The notes beneath the pieces were generated by a model, which did no database searches, was not told the DNA's origin, and saw nothing but the letters and a program-made list of their open reading frames with translations. Below are positions 36,752 to 49,461 of a stretch of 64,000 nucleotides of DNA, piece by piece (position 1 is the first letter of the stretch; every line of letters starts with the position of its first letter). The translations under genes were made by a program, and so were the position numbers. Source of the stretch: Paraspadella gotoi (lineage: Eukaryota > Animalia > Chaetognatha); NCBI GenBank assembly GCA_051294375.1, contig CM119269.1:22679808-22743807 (forward strand). The letters are read 5' to 3'.

Positions 36752-37308
36752 CAGCGTTAAAATAATCTATCATGACCATAGATTATGGTATTAAAATATT
36801 TTTTGTCAAAAATGCTTTCTTCTGAGGGTACTCGCATAATTAAAAATATTATATTACTATATAGAGCAAAAAATATTTTTTTTAAATCTTAAAATTTTTT
36901 GATTGATTCTGATAGAGCATAAAAAGTTAAACAAGAAATATAATTACAGCTTTTAAAAATTCTTATGTTTTCTAAGTGAAAATATAAAAAAACTGATAAA
37001 ATCATCGAAAGATGATGATGATGATAATTTTTTACAGTTTTTCTTATTTTTGACACACTTATCGTAAAAATATTAAAAAAAGAATCATACTTTGTGTAGA
37101 CAACTTTTTATGAGCTATCTGAATCTGGTCTTAAAATTTAAAAATTCAAAAAAAAATTTTTGGCCTTTCCTATCTATAAATAAATATTAAAAAATTAATT
37201 ACTAGGGTATAGAGCCATATTAGAAATTTTTGGTCCATTGAAAGTATTCTTAAAAATGTCTAAATATTCGTTTGAGCATGTCCTCACTCAAAATTTTTTA
37301 CTCACCCT
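36752..37308. mobile_element. Decayed palindromic Tc1/mariner-like MITE
   Basis: ta|cagcgt ... ctcacccta termini and long imperfect internal inverted symmetry (ctgatagagcataaaaagtt / aactttttatgagctatctg). Confidence 0.4.
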
Positions 37309-39503
37309 ATTGAGTGCGGCTACCCCTACTATAAGTCACTTTTCGGTCGTTCAGTCGGTCGGTATGTCTGTCCGTTGGTCTGTCCCACTTACGTTAAAAA
37401 TGTTCATAACTTGCATATAGTTGGCAAATATAAGGGACAGCTAGCAAGATAAGGCAGTCAACGCGGCGCAACACATTTGAATTAGCATTCTTGTTTTTTT
37501 TATTTTTGTATATTTTCTTTCATTTTCTTTATTTTTTTTTAGATAATTTTTTCATTGAAAATTTTCTTTACCAATTACCATAATTGCATTTTACTTCGGA
37601 TCAGGTCATAACTGAAATCGCATATCAATTTTTGTTTCAAAGGGCTAAATTAGAGTAAGATTGACAAATTGACAGTTTGCAATACTGCTCGTTATTGAAT
37701 TAAAATTGTAGTAAATGATTTAAAACATTAGTAAATGCGTTAAAATTGTAGTAAATTACTTAAAATTTATTAAATGACTTTAAATTAAGGTCAATAGGTT
37801 AAAAATGTATTAAATCACTTAAAATTGTAGTAAATCAGTTAAACTTGTGCTTAAGTTGAAGTCGACCGGTTTTTGGAGATTAAAAAAATTGTAATTTTTT
37901 CAATTCTGATCAAAAGCTTCATTTTTTCTTTCAAGAAGCGATTTATTAAAAAAACGAGATTTTGAAATAAAGAAAGAGAGAGAGAGAGAGAGAGAGTAAT
38001 AAGGAAATCTTAAAGCGTAAAGATAGAAAGATTTGTTTGACCCAGACAAATTTAAACATCAAACTTTTTATTTCATGCGAAAGCTCAAACCTGTTTCATA
38101 GATATATATCACTTTTGAAGGCTCCAGTAAAAAAAAGTTGTGTAAAGTACGACATGAAAATATTTCACATGTCATAAAACTTTTGAAAACTGCTGTTTCT
38201 TTCTCTGAATAAAAAAACGCCATTTGCCGGGGAATAACAAGAGTCAAATAAAGAGTTAAAAATATATATTTTTAACAGAGAATTTTTATTTAGACATATA
38301 AACATTTTTAACGGTTTCATATTTTTTTAAATCTAAATTGATGTTATGAGTAATGAGCATTTTTAACGTAATTGAGACAGACAGACGGACTGATAGACAG
38401 ACCGACCGATCGAAAAGAGAGTTATTAAGTTGCTGCATGAGTACTCGAGACGGAATTAGAAACATCTGTTCTTTATCTTTGGGTGCAGCCAAACTTCATT
38501 GAAAGAGTTCCCTCGATGTTTCGTAAGCTTAAAAAGATGTTACGAGTTACGGCGATTTTAATCATTATTCAATATTCATCGTATTAGAAATGACATAATG
38601 AAATTGCCTTTGATGAAATATTGTTACCGCAAAAGAGCGAGAGCGAGATAGTTTCCGAGAGTGACTCGTTTATATTATTAATCTCTGTACTTGATTTTAA
38701 CTTATATGTTTAACCTTAATTCCAAACTTTTACCCTTATACTTAATTCATATCCTCAACCCTAATTCTTAATCCTTTAATCCTTAACCCTAATGCTTAAT
38801 CCTTAATTGCTAATCTTTATCCCTTAATCCCTAAACCTCAACCCTCAATTCTTAACCAAATCTTTAACTAAATCCTTAACTAAATCCTTAACTTAATCAT
38901 TGTACTTAATATTTGATCTAATTTCTAAACTTAAAAAAAATTTAATTTATTTCTGAATTTAAGCTGAATTGCGGGGCTTTTAGAAAATATGGCTGAAATG
39001 ATTCTCGCAATGAGCAATTGCGGTCAAGTGAGGATCGATCGGCGATTTTACGAATGTTTCGGTCAAGTTTGAACGACGACGATGATGACGATAACGACGA
39101 CGATGATGATGACGATGACGATGATGACGATAACGACGATGACGACAACGATGACATTTATGATAACGATGACTGTGAATATGATAGGAAGCCCAATAAC
39201 AAATCGCATTATTTTTAATAAAATGATTAGTAAATGGAGGAAGCCGTCTCTCTCAATAGTAATACAGTTAATTAAATATTTATGTATATTTGACCGTATT
39301 ATCCTAGTTGTCATTGTCTTAGCCTCTTAGCGTTTTTTTAAGGTTCATTTATAATTCATTTATAATTTAATGACATGAGTTGATTGTGAGCTTGACCCGA
39401 ACTGTGACGTCGCTGCCTTTGAGAAGTCGTTTCGAATTTAGCCGCCAAAACAAAACAAAAAAACTTGATTTAAAAACTTGAAAACTTTTTAGGTTATACT
39501 TAA

Positions 39504-40438
39504 GGGGACCCAGTGATAAAAATGATATCATAAGCTTAAGGGTCTATCATTAAAGGAACTTGAATGGTGATAGTCATTAATTTTTCTTCTCGCGCGAAAG
39601 TGGAGAAAAAATTCCCATCTCCTTGTTGCAAGGCGAACAAGGATGAAATATTTATTGAAAAAATTTTTTTCTTGGGATGTCATTTTTCCATAAATTTTGA
39701 ATTTTTTAATTTTTTAATGCAGAAAGCTGAAATCTTTGCCTGGGCCTCCTTTAATAAAAGAATTTTAATGGTGGTATGATATTTTTCATATCCGAACAGG
39801 AAAGTACAGGAAAAAAAAAATCCCGCTTCTTAAACGAACAAGGATATTATTTATTATTTCATTCGGTAAACAACGCCTGTAATATCTTTCCGGTTTCCTT
39901 TGACTCATGTTCATAACAGATTGAATTTTAGGAGAGATAAAGAGCGCTTCCCCCTTCTCACACTTGATTTGACTTGAAAAGAAACTTGAATTAAAATTTT
40001 TCTATACCATAATTTTTTAACCATTTTTGAGCTGATAAATATTACTGAATTTATCTATTAATAAATCCGAACAGTAGCATGTTGGCTCATTGACTCAGAA
40101 ACTTATGTAAGTGACATTTTTTTTTCCAATGACATGCCTCACCTACGCCAACGAGCCTCAGAAACTCCTTTCTTCCAACTTCCTGGGGACAAGCTGTTAT
40201 ATTGTTGATTAACGATTCATCAAAACATAAAAAACTTTGAGAAACAAATTCATGAAATAAACTGGAAACATGAGAAAGATTTGCTTCTTACCGAATTTTT
40301 AAACTCAAGCTGACCAACTTTGAATTTTTTGACCACTTTCCCATTCGATGAGAGAAGAAAGAATTACATATTTGAGGGACCAAACGTTATGATATCAGCC
40401 TTTGACCCCCCCTGTCCCCCCTTCATCACTGGGTTCCC
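39504..40438. mobile_element. Non-autonomous DNA transposon with TTAA target duplication (Kolobok-like)
   Basis: TTAA|ggggacccagtgat ... atcactgggttccc|TTAA, 13/14 TIR match; purine-purine 5' end with TTAA TSD fits Kolobok rather than piggyBac. Confidence 0.75.
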
Positions 40439-40543
40439 TTAAAGACCTCGAATTATTGAGTTTGCAGAAGATTAAATTGCAGATAATTTGGAAGATAACG
40501 CTTTTGGCCACCCGCTACTAGACGAAGATAGGCGAAAGATTAG

Positions 40544-40609
<66 letters not shown>

Positions 40610-40753
40610 GATTTTTTAAAGCCAAATGACTAATAAAAAAAAGACAGAGACAGAAAAAAAAATTACGGAAGAAACAAAGAGATTGTTTTTTTAAATTTAT
40701 AAACAGCTTATTTATTAAATAACAACCAAATTTAAATAAAGAAATTAAAAAAA

Positions 40754-40819
40754 ATGAAAATAAATTATGCAAATTACGTTTCTTTCTTGACGATAATGAC
40801 TCTGATCATCGTACCGTCT

Positions 40820-40861
<42 letters not shown>

Positions 40862-41753
40862 TCATCATCAGTGGTCACGGTCATCAGCAGTTGCGTGTCA
40901 ACCTCCTTCAAGGATCGATTACTCCGACTTCATTGCGCTGATGGACGAATTGCAATCTTGGAAGCCGTAGTCGGGTCTGGGGGGGGGGAGTGAATCGCGG
41001 GAGATACTGTTGATACAGTAGAGATACTGTTGATACAGTAGAGATACGATAGTACAGCAGATTCAGTGAAATTCTCTTTAAAGCTAAAGATTTACTGGCT
41101 CTTTCTGGTTGCAACTTTAACGGATATAAAATAACTATTGACGATTTCACTAACTATTTCAATCTATAAGTTTTACCGATATATTTGCATTGATTATTAT
41201 GTTTGCTTGCCGACAAATAATTGTAACCTAAGAGTAAATGGAAAGATAACGATAAAGACTATGAAAATATTATCTACAAATAATTACTTTAAAAGCGATA
41301 ATATATACTATAATATTAGTAGAAATAAGTTTGAGTTTATTTGCAACAACTATAATATTATAATTAAATATTATTCTGCTAAGCGATTCGCTCCCCCCCC
41401 ACCCGCGACGCCAAGGTCCATCGAAGGCCGAGACTTTGGCTGCTTTCGCGGAGCCGAGGATTGCAGCGCCGGGGTCAGCGTGGTTCATTGCGACGGCGCC
41501 GGGGATTGCGAAGTTGCGGTGCCGAGGACAGAGTCAATCCTGTGCCGACGGAAACGGTGAATGTGGAAAAGAGAAGATATTGGCATGGTTAGATGCAATT
41601 GGCATGATTAGATTGATATTGGCATGATATTAGATGGAATTGGCAGGGTATGATAAGATGGATATATTGACATGCTGAGAGATAGGAGTGGCATGATTTC
41701 ATCCTCTGGTCAATTCTAATTATAATTGACTACTTCGTATAAATGATTACAAG

Positions 41754-41833
<80 letters not shown>

Positions 41834-44800
41834 CTCTCAAATTGTACAAATACCGAATTCGAATCCATTCGCTTTTTCTATTCCAAATTAAAAATCGATT
41901 CATCTCTTTTCTTCCTGATTTATAATCTCTCTCTCCCTCCTTCCCCTCTCCACTCTCCCTCTCTCTCTCCCCCCTCCCTCCCCTCTCTCCCTCTCCCACT
42001 TTAGCCTCTCTTCCGCAAAGATCTACGCAATGACTTCCTACCTTCAAATCTCTTTTCTCTGCGAAGGAGAGAAAACCCGAACGGCGTCTTCTTGCCTGAG
42101 CGGTGAATTCATCGTGTCGTTGTTTTTTTTTGGGTTGTTTTCTTTGTTTGTTTGTTTGTGTTGACGTCGTCCTTGTCAAACATATAGTCATCGTTAACTA
42201 ACTCAAATTCCAAATAAATTAATAAATCAGTTCCAGTCAGTGCCAAACGTACGTACGAATCCTATTGGCTATCGAATTAAACATTCAAAAATAATCAAAT
42301 TATCAGATCCGCCCTCTTTGTATTTTTATTTTTACATCCGGAGATATCCTTTTCCCAGCCTCGTTTCCATCTTCATCTTTTCATACAATCCTTTTTCATA
42401 CGGAGATATCCTTTTCTCAGCCTCGTTTCCATCTTCATCTTTTCATACAATCCTTTTTCATACGGAGATATCCTTTTCCCAGCCTCGTTTCCATCTTCAT
42501 ATTTTAACACAATCCTCTTACATCCGGGATTTCCTAATATCAGGCTCATTTCCGTCGGCGTCGTCGGTTGCTCGCCTGTTCCGCATTGGTCATTACATCC
42601 GGGTCCTCAACTCTTTTCAAGGACGAAAGAGTTTCGCTCGAAGAACGAGATGATGATCCAGGTTGAATATTTTAATAAAACAATAAAAAAGTCAATATTA
42701 TCAAATACTTAATATTTAAATAATATTAAAAAATTATTTGTTCGGTAATTCAACTATCTGCCAGATGGTAAAATGATTAATGGTATTGTACTAATTGAGT
42801 TGTACTAATAATATTGTACAAAGTGAAAGAAAAGAAGAGTATGAGTGAGAGAGAGTAAGAGAGAGAGAGAGAGAGAGAGAGATACGCTCCTATCAAAAAT
42901 AACTCAAAGACTCAACTCTTAAATTTTATTTTATCTTATAGAATATGATATTTGTTCATTTAATAATTATTATTTTGTTTAATCCATAATAATATCAATT
43001 TCAACAACAGATTCTTGCAACTTTCAAGTCGGCGACGACGCAAAGAGAACTCGCCTCGCCTCTCAAGTAGCATTGGGCTGCGACGGAGTCAGATCGTGTG
43101 GGTAAGTGAAAAGAGAACTCGCCTCGCCTCTCAAGTAGCATTGGGCTGCTATGGAGTCAGATCATGTGGGTAAATGAAAAGAGAACTCACCTCGCCTCTC
43201 AAGTAGCATTGGGCTGCGATGGAGTCAGATCGTGTGGGTAAGTGAATAAGAACGCGTGGGTAAGTGATGAAGATCGTGTGGGTAAGTTAAGAATCTCGCG
43301 TGGTTAAAGTGAAGTAAATCAAGAGGGTGAGGGAAGAAGATAGAGTTAGCCAACATCATGTGGATACATTTGGAAAAGATTGGGTGGTTAAAATAGAAAA
43401 TTAAAGTTATTGTTTGGTTAAGTCCATAAATCTTTGGCCTTATTTTCACAAAACGCCCTATTTCATCTCAAATGGCTAAGATTAAGGATTAGAGCTATAG
43501 TTAGAGATTTTGGTTAGGGATAAAGGTTTAGGAAAAGAGGTTAGGATAAGAAATTAAGGCTTTGGGGGAAGGTTCAGAATTAGGTTGGGGGGTTAGGGGT
43601 TATGGTTAAAAATTAAGGTTAAGGATTGGTTAAAAATATATTTAGGTTAAATATTAAGATTTAAAATTAAATTCTTGGATAAACCAACAAAAAGGGGTAC
43701 TCGTGGAAAAGAAGGCCAAATATTTATCGTTTAGGTAAAGCTACATCCTGATTGGTCGGTTTATTCAATCCCGAAATTTCCCCACCAATTCATTCTCTTT
43801 CTCTCCCCTTCTCCCTTCCCTACCTTTCCCCCTCTCACTCTCACTCTCCTCTTCCCCTCCCCCCCAAGTCTCCCGTGGGATTCAACAGGCGAATTGGGCG
43901 CCTTTGTCCAGATTCACTTTGAGTGTCTTGTCGGAGAAGCGAAGGCGTCGACGAAGTGTTTGGAGAAGGAAGTGGATAAGGAGAAGAGGTGAGGAAAATG
44001 GATTGGACTCGAGTACACATTTCCTTTCCTTACCATATCCATTTTTTCCAATAACTAAATCTGTCCAAGCATCTTTTCCATGTATCTTTCCAATTTTCCC
44101 TGTACCACATCATCATAACATGTCCATAACCTTAGACCTTAAATCTGCCCACAACCATTCTCCATTTTCCCCTTATTATCTTAAATTCAGAATCAAATTA
44201 AATTTTTAATTTAAATATTAGGTTAAAGGTAAGGGTTACGGATAAGTATTTAAGGTTCCGGATCGGTTAATGGGTTTAAGAATATATTCAACTTGAATTA
44301 ATTTCGGGGGTTTACAAACGAATGAAAGTGGGTCACTCTGGGAAAAGAGAGCCAAACATAACTACATCTAACCAATAACTACATCCTTTTCCATCACAAT
44401 AGCTTCCTCGGTCTCGACTGCTCTTCTTCTCCCGATTCTTTCGTCGTCGTCGCTTCCGCATTTCTCGGAAATCGAGATTCCGCTTCTTCCGCTTCTTCCT
44501 CCGCTTCCGATTGTCGCTTCCGGTGGCGCGATTCCGTCACGCCCATCGATCTGCGTCTTTGCGACGGAAGGAGGCGCTGCTACGTAAGGATCGATCAGGT
44601 AATAAGAAAACAATAGAACAAACGTAAACAAAGCAAAGGAAAAACAACGTGGGATTCGAACCCACGCCTCCGAAGAGACTGGTGATTATATGACTTAACT
44701 TTTCTCACGCAGATCAAATCCGACGCTAAATCGAATAGCGACTACGTGGAGGCGAGGTTCCGCTGCGTCAGGGGCGAGCCGACCGCAGAGGATTTGCTGC

Positions 44801-45794
44801 CGCCGCAGGGAATGCCGCTGGAGGACGCTAGACCCGCATCGCCTGTTGGCGTGGAAGCGCCTCCGGTAGGCGTGGCGGCGCGCCCTGTCGGTTACGCCGT
44901 GAAGGAAGAAGAAGGGGAGAAGGAGCAAGGCGCAAGTAATTGTATTAATTTAAACTATTCTAAACAATTTTAAGTCCTTCAGGCAATAAAAATAAATACT
45001 TTTTGTTGTACTTTTTTGTAATAATTAAATTTTGTTTTTTAAAAATTGTAACCGTTTTAAGTCTAAATTAAGAAAAAGCGAGCCATTCCGTACCAAATTG
45101 ACCCATCAATTTTATATAAATTGGCATTAACACGCTGAAACAATGTACATAATTGACTACAAACTATTCTATAACCAACTCATTCGTATTTAACCGTCAT
45201 TAACCTCTAATTAACCAGAAGACTTAACATCGACGATTGTCGGGGGATCGATCGCCGCCGTCGCCCTCATCGTCGCTTTCGTCGTCGCCTTCGTCCTCAA
45301 CCGCAAATGGGAGGCGCGAGCGACCGACGCCGAAGAGCGCCGCTCGCTGAAAATGACGCCGGAAAATGGGGAAGCGACTGGCGGCGTCGGTGGAAAGGAC
45401 GAGTCGGAGATGGAAGACGGCGTCGTGGGGTTGAGTTTTAAGGAGGAAGAGAAAATGGTGAGTATTGTATAATGATTATATTACTATTTTATAATGAGAG
45501 TATATGGTAGTATAAAATTCATATATTGAATCGTTATCTCTTACTAAGTAATAATAACTAATAACTAACCCTAATCCCTAACCAAAATCAAATCAGCCTC
45601 CAACAGAAACGGGCGTGGAAATGACCCAAAGCCTGAAGGATCTACAGGCGTTGGCCAATCAGCGACTGGACGCCTCTCGTTCGCCGACGATGCCGAAGAA
45701 GTTGAAGCATTTGCCGGAAAAATGCCGGACGAATCTCCCTCAATGTGTCGTTGATGTGGTGGAGAACAAAGAAAAAGGAGAGTTTTATGTGTAA
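40754..45794 (+). CDS. Type I membrane protein with three SUEL (galactose/rhamnose-binding lectin)-like domains and C-terminal EFYV
   Basis: Exons 40754-40989, 41384-41556, 42021-42102, 42544-42661, 43011-43101, 43869-43988, 44403-44583, 44713-44935, 45219-45457, 45597-45794. Three repeats of L-x-C...I/V-x-I/V-x-x-A-x-x-G...C-D-G-x3-C...Y/F-x-Q/E-x-x-F-x-C; Pro-rich stalk; TM IVGGSIAAVALIVAFVVAFVL-NRK. At least three frame corrections needed in exons 1-4. Confidence 0.72.
43042..43290 (+). repeat. 68-bp tandem triplication of an exon end plus donor site
   Basis: Units at 43042, 43110, 43178, then shorter gtgggtaagt units. Confidence 0.9.
43436..43717. mobile_element. Complete GGCC-terminated MITE with degenerate TTAGGG interior
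   Basis: TIRs ggccttattttcacaaaacgccc / ggggtactcgtggaaaagaaggcc. Confidence 0.7.
44645..44684 (-). pseudogene. 3' half of a tRNA-Leu
   Basis: Reverse complement caccagtctcttcggaggcgtgggttcgaatcccacgttg matches the variable arm and T arm of eukaryotic tRNA-Leu(NAG); 5' half absent. Confidence 0.7.
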
Positions 45795-46140
45795 AGATAA
45801 TTGTTCAACTTGAATAATATTTTTTTATAAATAAAATAATGAATAGCTGCATTTTTAATTAACTATATGCTGAAAAAATTTCAAGGAGCATTAAAATTAA
45901 CTAACACTGTAAAACTGTTTATTACTTTACGTTACTTTGCATTACAGATGTTACTGATTATTTGATTTATTAAAAGAATACAAAGTTACAAACATACAAA
46001 ATTTATTTGTCAAACAGTTATGAGATCAGAAGATTTTGTATTCTAATAAATGTTAGGTTTTTATAATAAAACCAATGCTAGTCCAGTTTAACTTCTAGTA
46101 CGTTCTCCTTTTAAAATGGTTTGATCAACTTGAAAAAAAA

Positions 46141-46870
46141 CTAAAGATCGAATTTGATGATGTGATTGGGATGTTTGTTCCAACTGTCATCAAGACATCC
46201 TCCGATGCAGAGGAGATTCTTTGCTTCATTTCTTTTTGTTACGAGGATCGTGCGATGACTAGACGACCCTTCATCATCGCCGCAGAATTCAGAAGGAAGA
46301 TTCTGGACTTTTGTTAAACTCGAGTCTTCGACGTCGAAAACGAAAATTTCTTTTGATGGACCGGAAGGAGTTAGGCCGCCAACGAGGACGAGTTGAGAGG
46401 CAGAGATGGGGGAAAGGTTGTGTTGACCAAATGTGAGCGATGACCAACTTTGACTTTTCATGTTCAAAAAGTGGAAATCATTAAGAAATGTATTACACAT
46501 TCCGCCATGAATGTAAACATTTTCTTTCAATCGTGAGATGCTTGAATTCGCCAAAGGGCGAGAGAGAGTAGATCTCATTTGTAAAATTCCAATCATATAT
46601 AGTGCCGCCAAATATGTAAATCAGTTTTTTCTAAAACAGACCAAGCGGAATGTGAAGTTTTTGGCGGAACATCGCCCGTTGCTTCGATTCGTTGCCATCG
46701 AAGATCGAGAGAATCGACTTCGGCGATGAAGAGTACCTCGTTGGGGATGAGACGAACTTCGCCAAGTTGATCGTCCGGATTCTTTTGTTCTCCGGACCAG
46801 AACGAGATTCGCCCATCGACTTCTGCGGCGACGAATCCTTTCGACGATGAAGAATCTTTTCGCCGTCACC
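46141..46870 (-). pseudogene. Intronless Kelch-repeat (KLHDC-like) sequence with frameshifts and apparent internal deletions
   Basis: Kelch motifs split across three frames: WQRIEATGDVPPKTSHSA, LIYIFGG...NEIYSL, VYIHGG...LNDFHFLN...W, LVLVGG...EIFVFD, LLCIGG; early TGA in the first frame. Confidence 0.65.
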
Positions 46871-47261
46871 AAATCACCGTGAAGGAGGCGAGAGAGGAAA
46901 GGGGGAGATTTAAAGATTGGAGAAGAATGAGGTGAAGAGAAAGAGGGAGATGGAGACGTTATTGGAAGACGGGGTCGTCGGTATCACCGTCAGGCAAAGT
47001 TGGTTTGATTTTTGATGATATTCAAACAAATTATAAAAAAAAATCAATGAAAAAAATCAAAACATATATATATGCAAACAGAGTGAAAACAAAATTTAAG
47101 GCTAAAGTGAAGGAAAAAAGAAAGAAAGAATTTAAGAAGAAAATATTGAAACAAAAAGTAAATTATAATTATTAAAAAAATCTTAAAAGTATATAGTGAT
47201 CTCGCCAGACATTACTATCAAAGAAAATTAATGAAAATATCCAGAAAAAAAAAAACGAATG

Positions 47262-47930
47262 ATTGATGCGATAACGAATTATTGATATAATAGTAATTGA
47301 TTATTGATGTAATAGTAATCGATTATTGATGTAATAATAATTGATTATTGATGTAATAGTAATTAGTTATTGATGTAATGATAACCAATTATTGATGCGA
47401 TTATAACCAATTATTGATGCGATGATAACCAATTATTGATGCGGTGATAACCATTCACTGATGCGATGATAGTCATTCACTAATGTGATGATAGTCATTC
47501 ACTGATGTGATGATAATTATTTACTGATATGATAATAAGCATTCACGGATGTGATGTTAATCATTCATTGATGCGATGATAGTCATTCATTTCATTCATT
47601 TCACGCAATCTTTAACTTTGTTTTGTTTTTAGACTTAGCTTTTTTTTTTGATGCTCCTGTATGTACTGAATCAACCTTGTTGAATTCGAAATAAAACGCA
47701 TTATTAACGAGATCTTAAAAGCATAAGGATCGAGCCGCTTTTCGATGGTAAACCAAATATTGATGCGATGATAACCAAATATTGATGCGATGATAACAAA
47801 AATGACTGATGTGATGATAATCAAATGATTGATGCGATGATAGTCATTCATTGATATGATGATAATCATTCATTGATACGATGATAGTCATTCATTGATG
47901 CGATGATTGTAATTTATTGACGCGATGAAT
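47262..47930. repeat. 18-22-bp minisatellite (attgatgcgatgatagtcattc)n
   Basis: Two tandem tracts; same unit as 230-370. Confidence 0.85.
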
Positions 47931-48474
47931 CATTCATCGTAAATAAACAAAACAAATGCGTGTATGAGTGAAAGAGAGAGAGAGAGAGAGAGAGAGGCTG
48001 GACAGTTTTCACGCCAACGAAACGCATTATTAGGTCTCTCTCGTTTATATAAAGAATCAGAATTTTTAGAAAAAAATCCGTGAAAATCTCGGATGTAAAA
48101 TTGGGATTTTGTATTGAGAAAAAAGCGCGGAATAAATGGCGATAATAAAAGTTTTTTAGAAGGAAAAAAAAAAAGAGAGAGAGAGAGAAGAGAGAGAGAA
48201 GAGAGAGAGAAGAGAAAGAGAGGAGAGAGAAAAAAAAAGAGCCATATAAGAAATTTTTTTGTACATTGAAAAATTATAATCCCTATTAACAAAATATATA
48301 GTTGAAAATACTCAGTTTACGACTATGATATTTTTGACTTCCAAATAATAATAATAATATCGCGTTATCGCGTTATTAGGGTCATGTTCGCAACGGCCAC
48401 GAAATCCAGGTAAAGAGAAAAAAGCGCGGAATAAAATGGTGATAATAAAAGTTTTTAGAAGGAAAAAAATAATC

Positions 48475-48505
<31 letters not shown>

Positions 48506-48811
48506 AATAAAAAGAAAAAACCGTATTTCTTTCCAATTATATCGGTTATCCGTTGCCTCGCAACGGCGGCGTGTATCTCGTCAAGTTGATCCTATTATAC
48601 ACGTAACGTTTCCATTGCCATCAAAACGCGTTTTTAGGTCATGTTCCTTGACATTGTCTACTCGTTGCCCTGCAAGGCCATGAATCCAGGTCAAGTAAGT
48701 TATTCTTCACATTTTCTCAAAAAAATCCGAGAAAAGTTGAAAGTTGTAAAAGTGTATATTTTTATTTGTAATAATCATCATCATTATCATCAAGTACTTT
48801 TAAAATCACAG

Positions 48812-49003
48812 GTTTCATATTGATTCAAGTATTTTTTGTTTGAATTTCTACTTTATTATGATTTACTGCATTATGCAAATTAAAATATAATTTATTATAT
48901 ACTAATTTGATATTGCAGTAAGTACTATAATCTAATTAGCATATTGCAGTAAATTATAATGAAGTGGAAATTCAAACAAAAAATACTTGAATCGATATGA
49001 AAC
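48812..49003. mobile_element. Palindromic MITE with ~70-bp arms; partial second copy ~49770-49940
   Basis: gtttcatattgattcaagtattttttgtttgaattt... mirrored by ...aaattcaaacaaaaaatacttgaatcgatatgaaac. Confidence 0.7.
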
Positions 49004-49423
49004 AAAGAAAATGGACACACATTTCAACTTCATCACTGCCTCACTAATGGAACTTGATAACTAGATACATTGTTTGGTAGTTAAACCATAAACCGGCAAA
49101 AATAGGCAGTAAAGAAATGATCGGCATATAGCATACAATCCGGCATATTCAAATTGTAAAAGGTTTTTTGATCAACAACATTAGACAGAGTATGAAATTT
49201 TTTTTTATATTTTTTTTTCTTTAATAACAATCATGTTAGAGACGGAGAGAGATGGAGAGAAGCGTAAAATTTCTGACGTATGAGTTATTCTTCACTTTTT
49301 CTAAAATAAATCCATGAAAATCTCAGATGTAAATTTGGGATAATGGTGATAATAAAAGTTTTTAGAAGGAAAAAATAATCAGAATTTTTCAAAAAACGAA
49401 CAATCACGCAAGAAATCGTACAC

Positions 49424-49461
<38 letters not shown>

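Noticed and set aside
44932-44937. GCAAGT as a GC donor in the lectin gene
   Set aside because: The canonical GTAATT at 44936 gives the phase required by the next exon.
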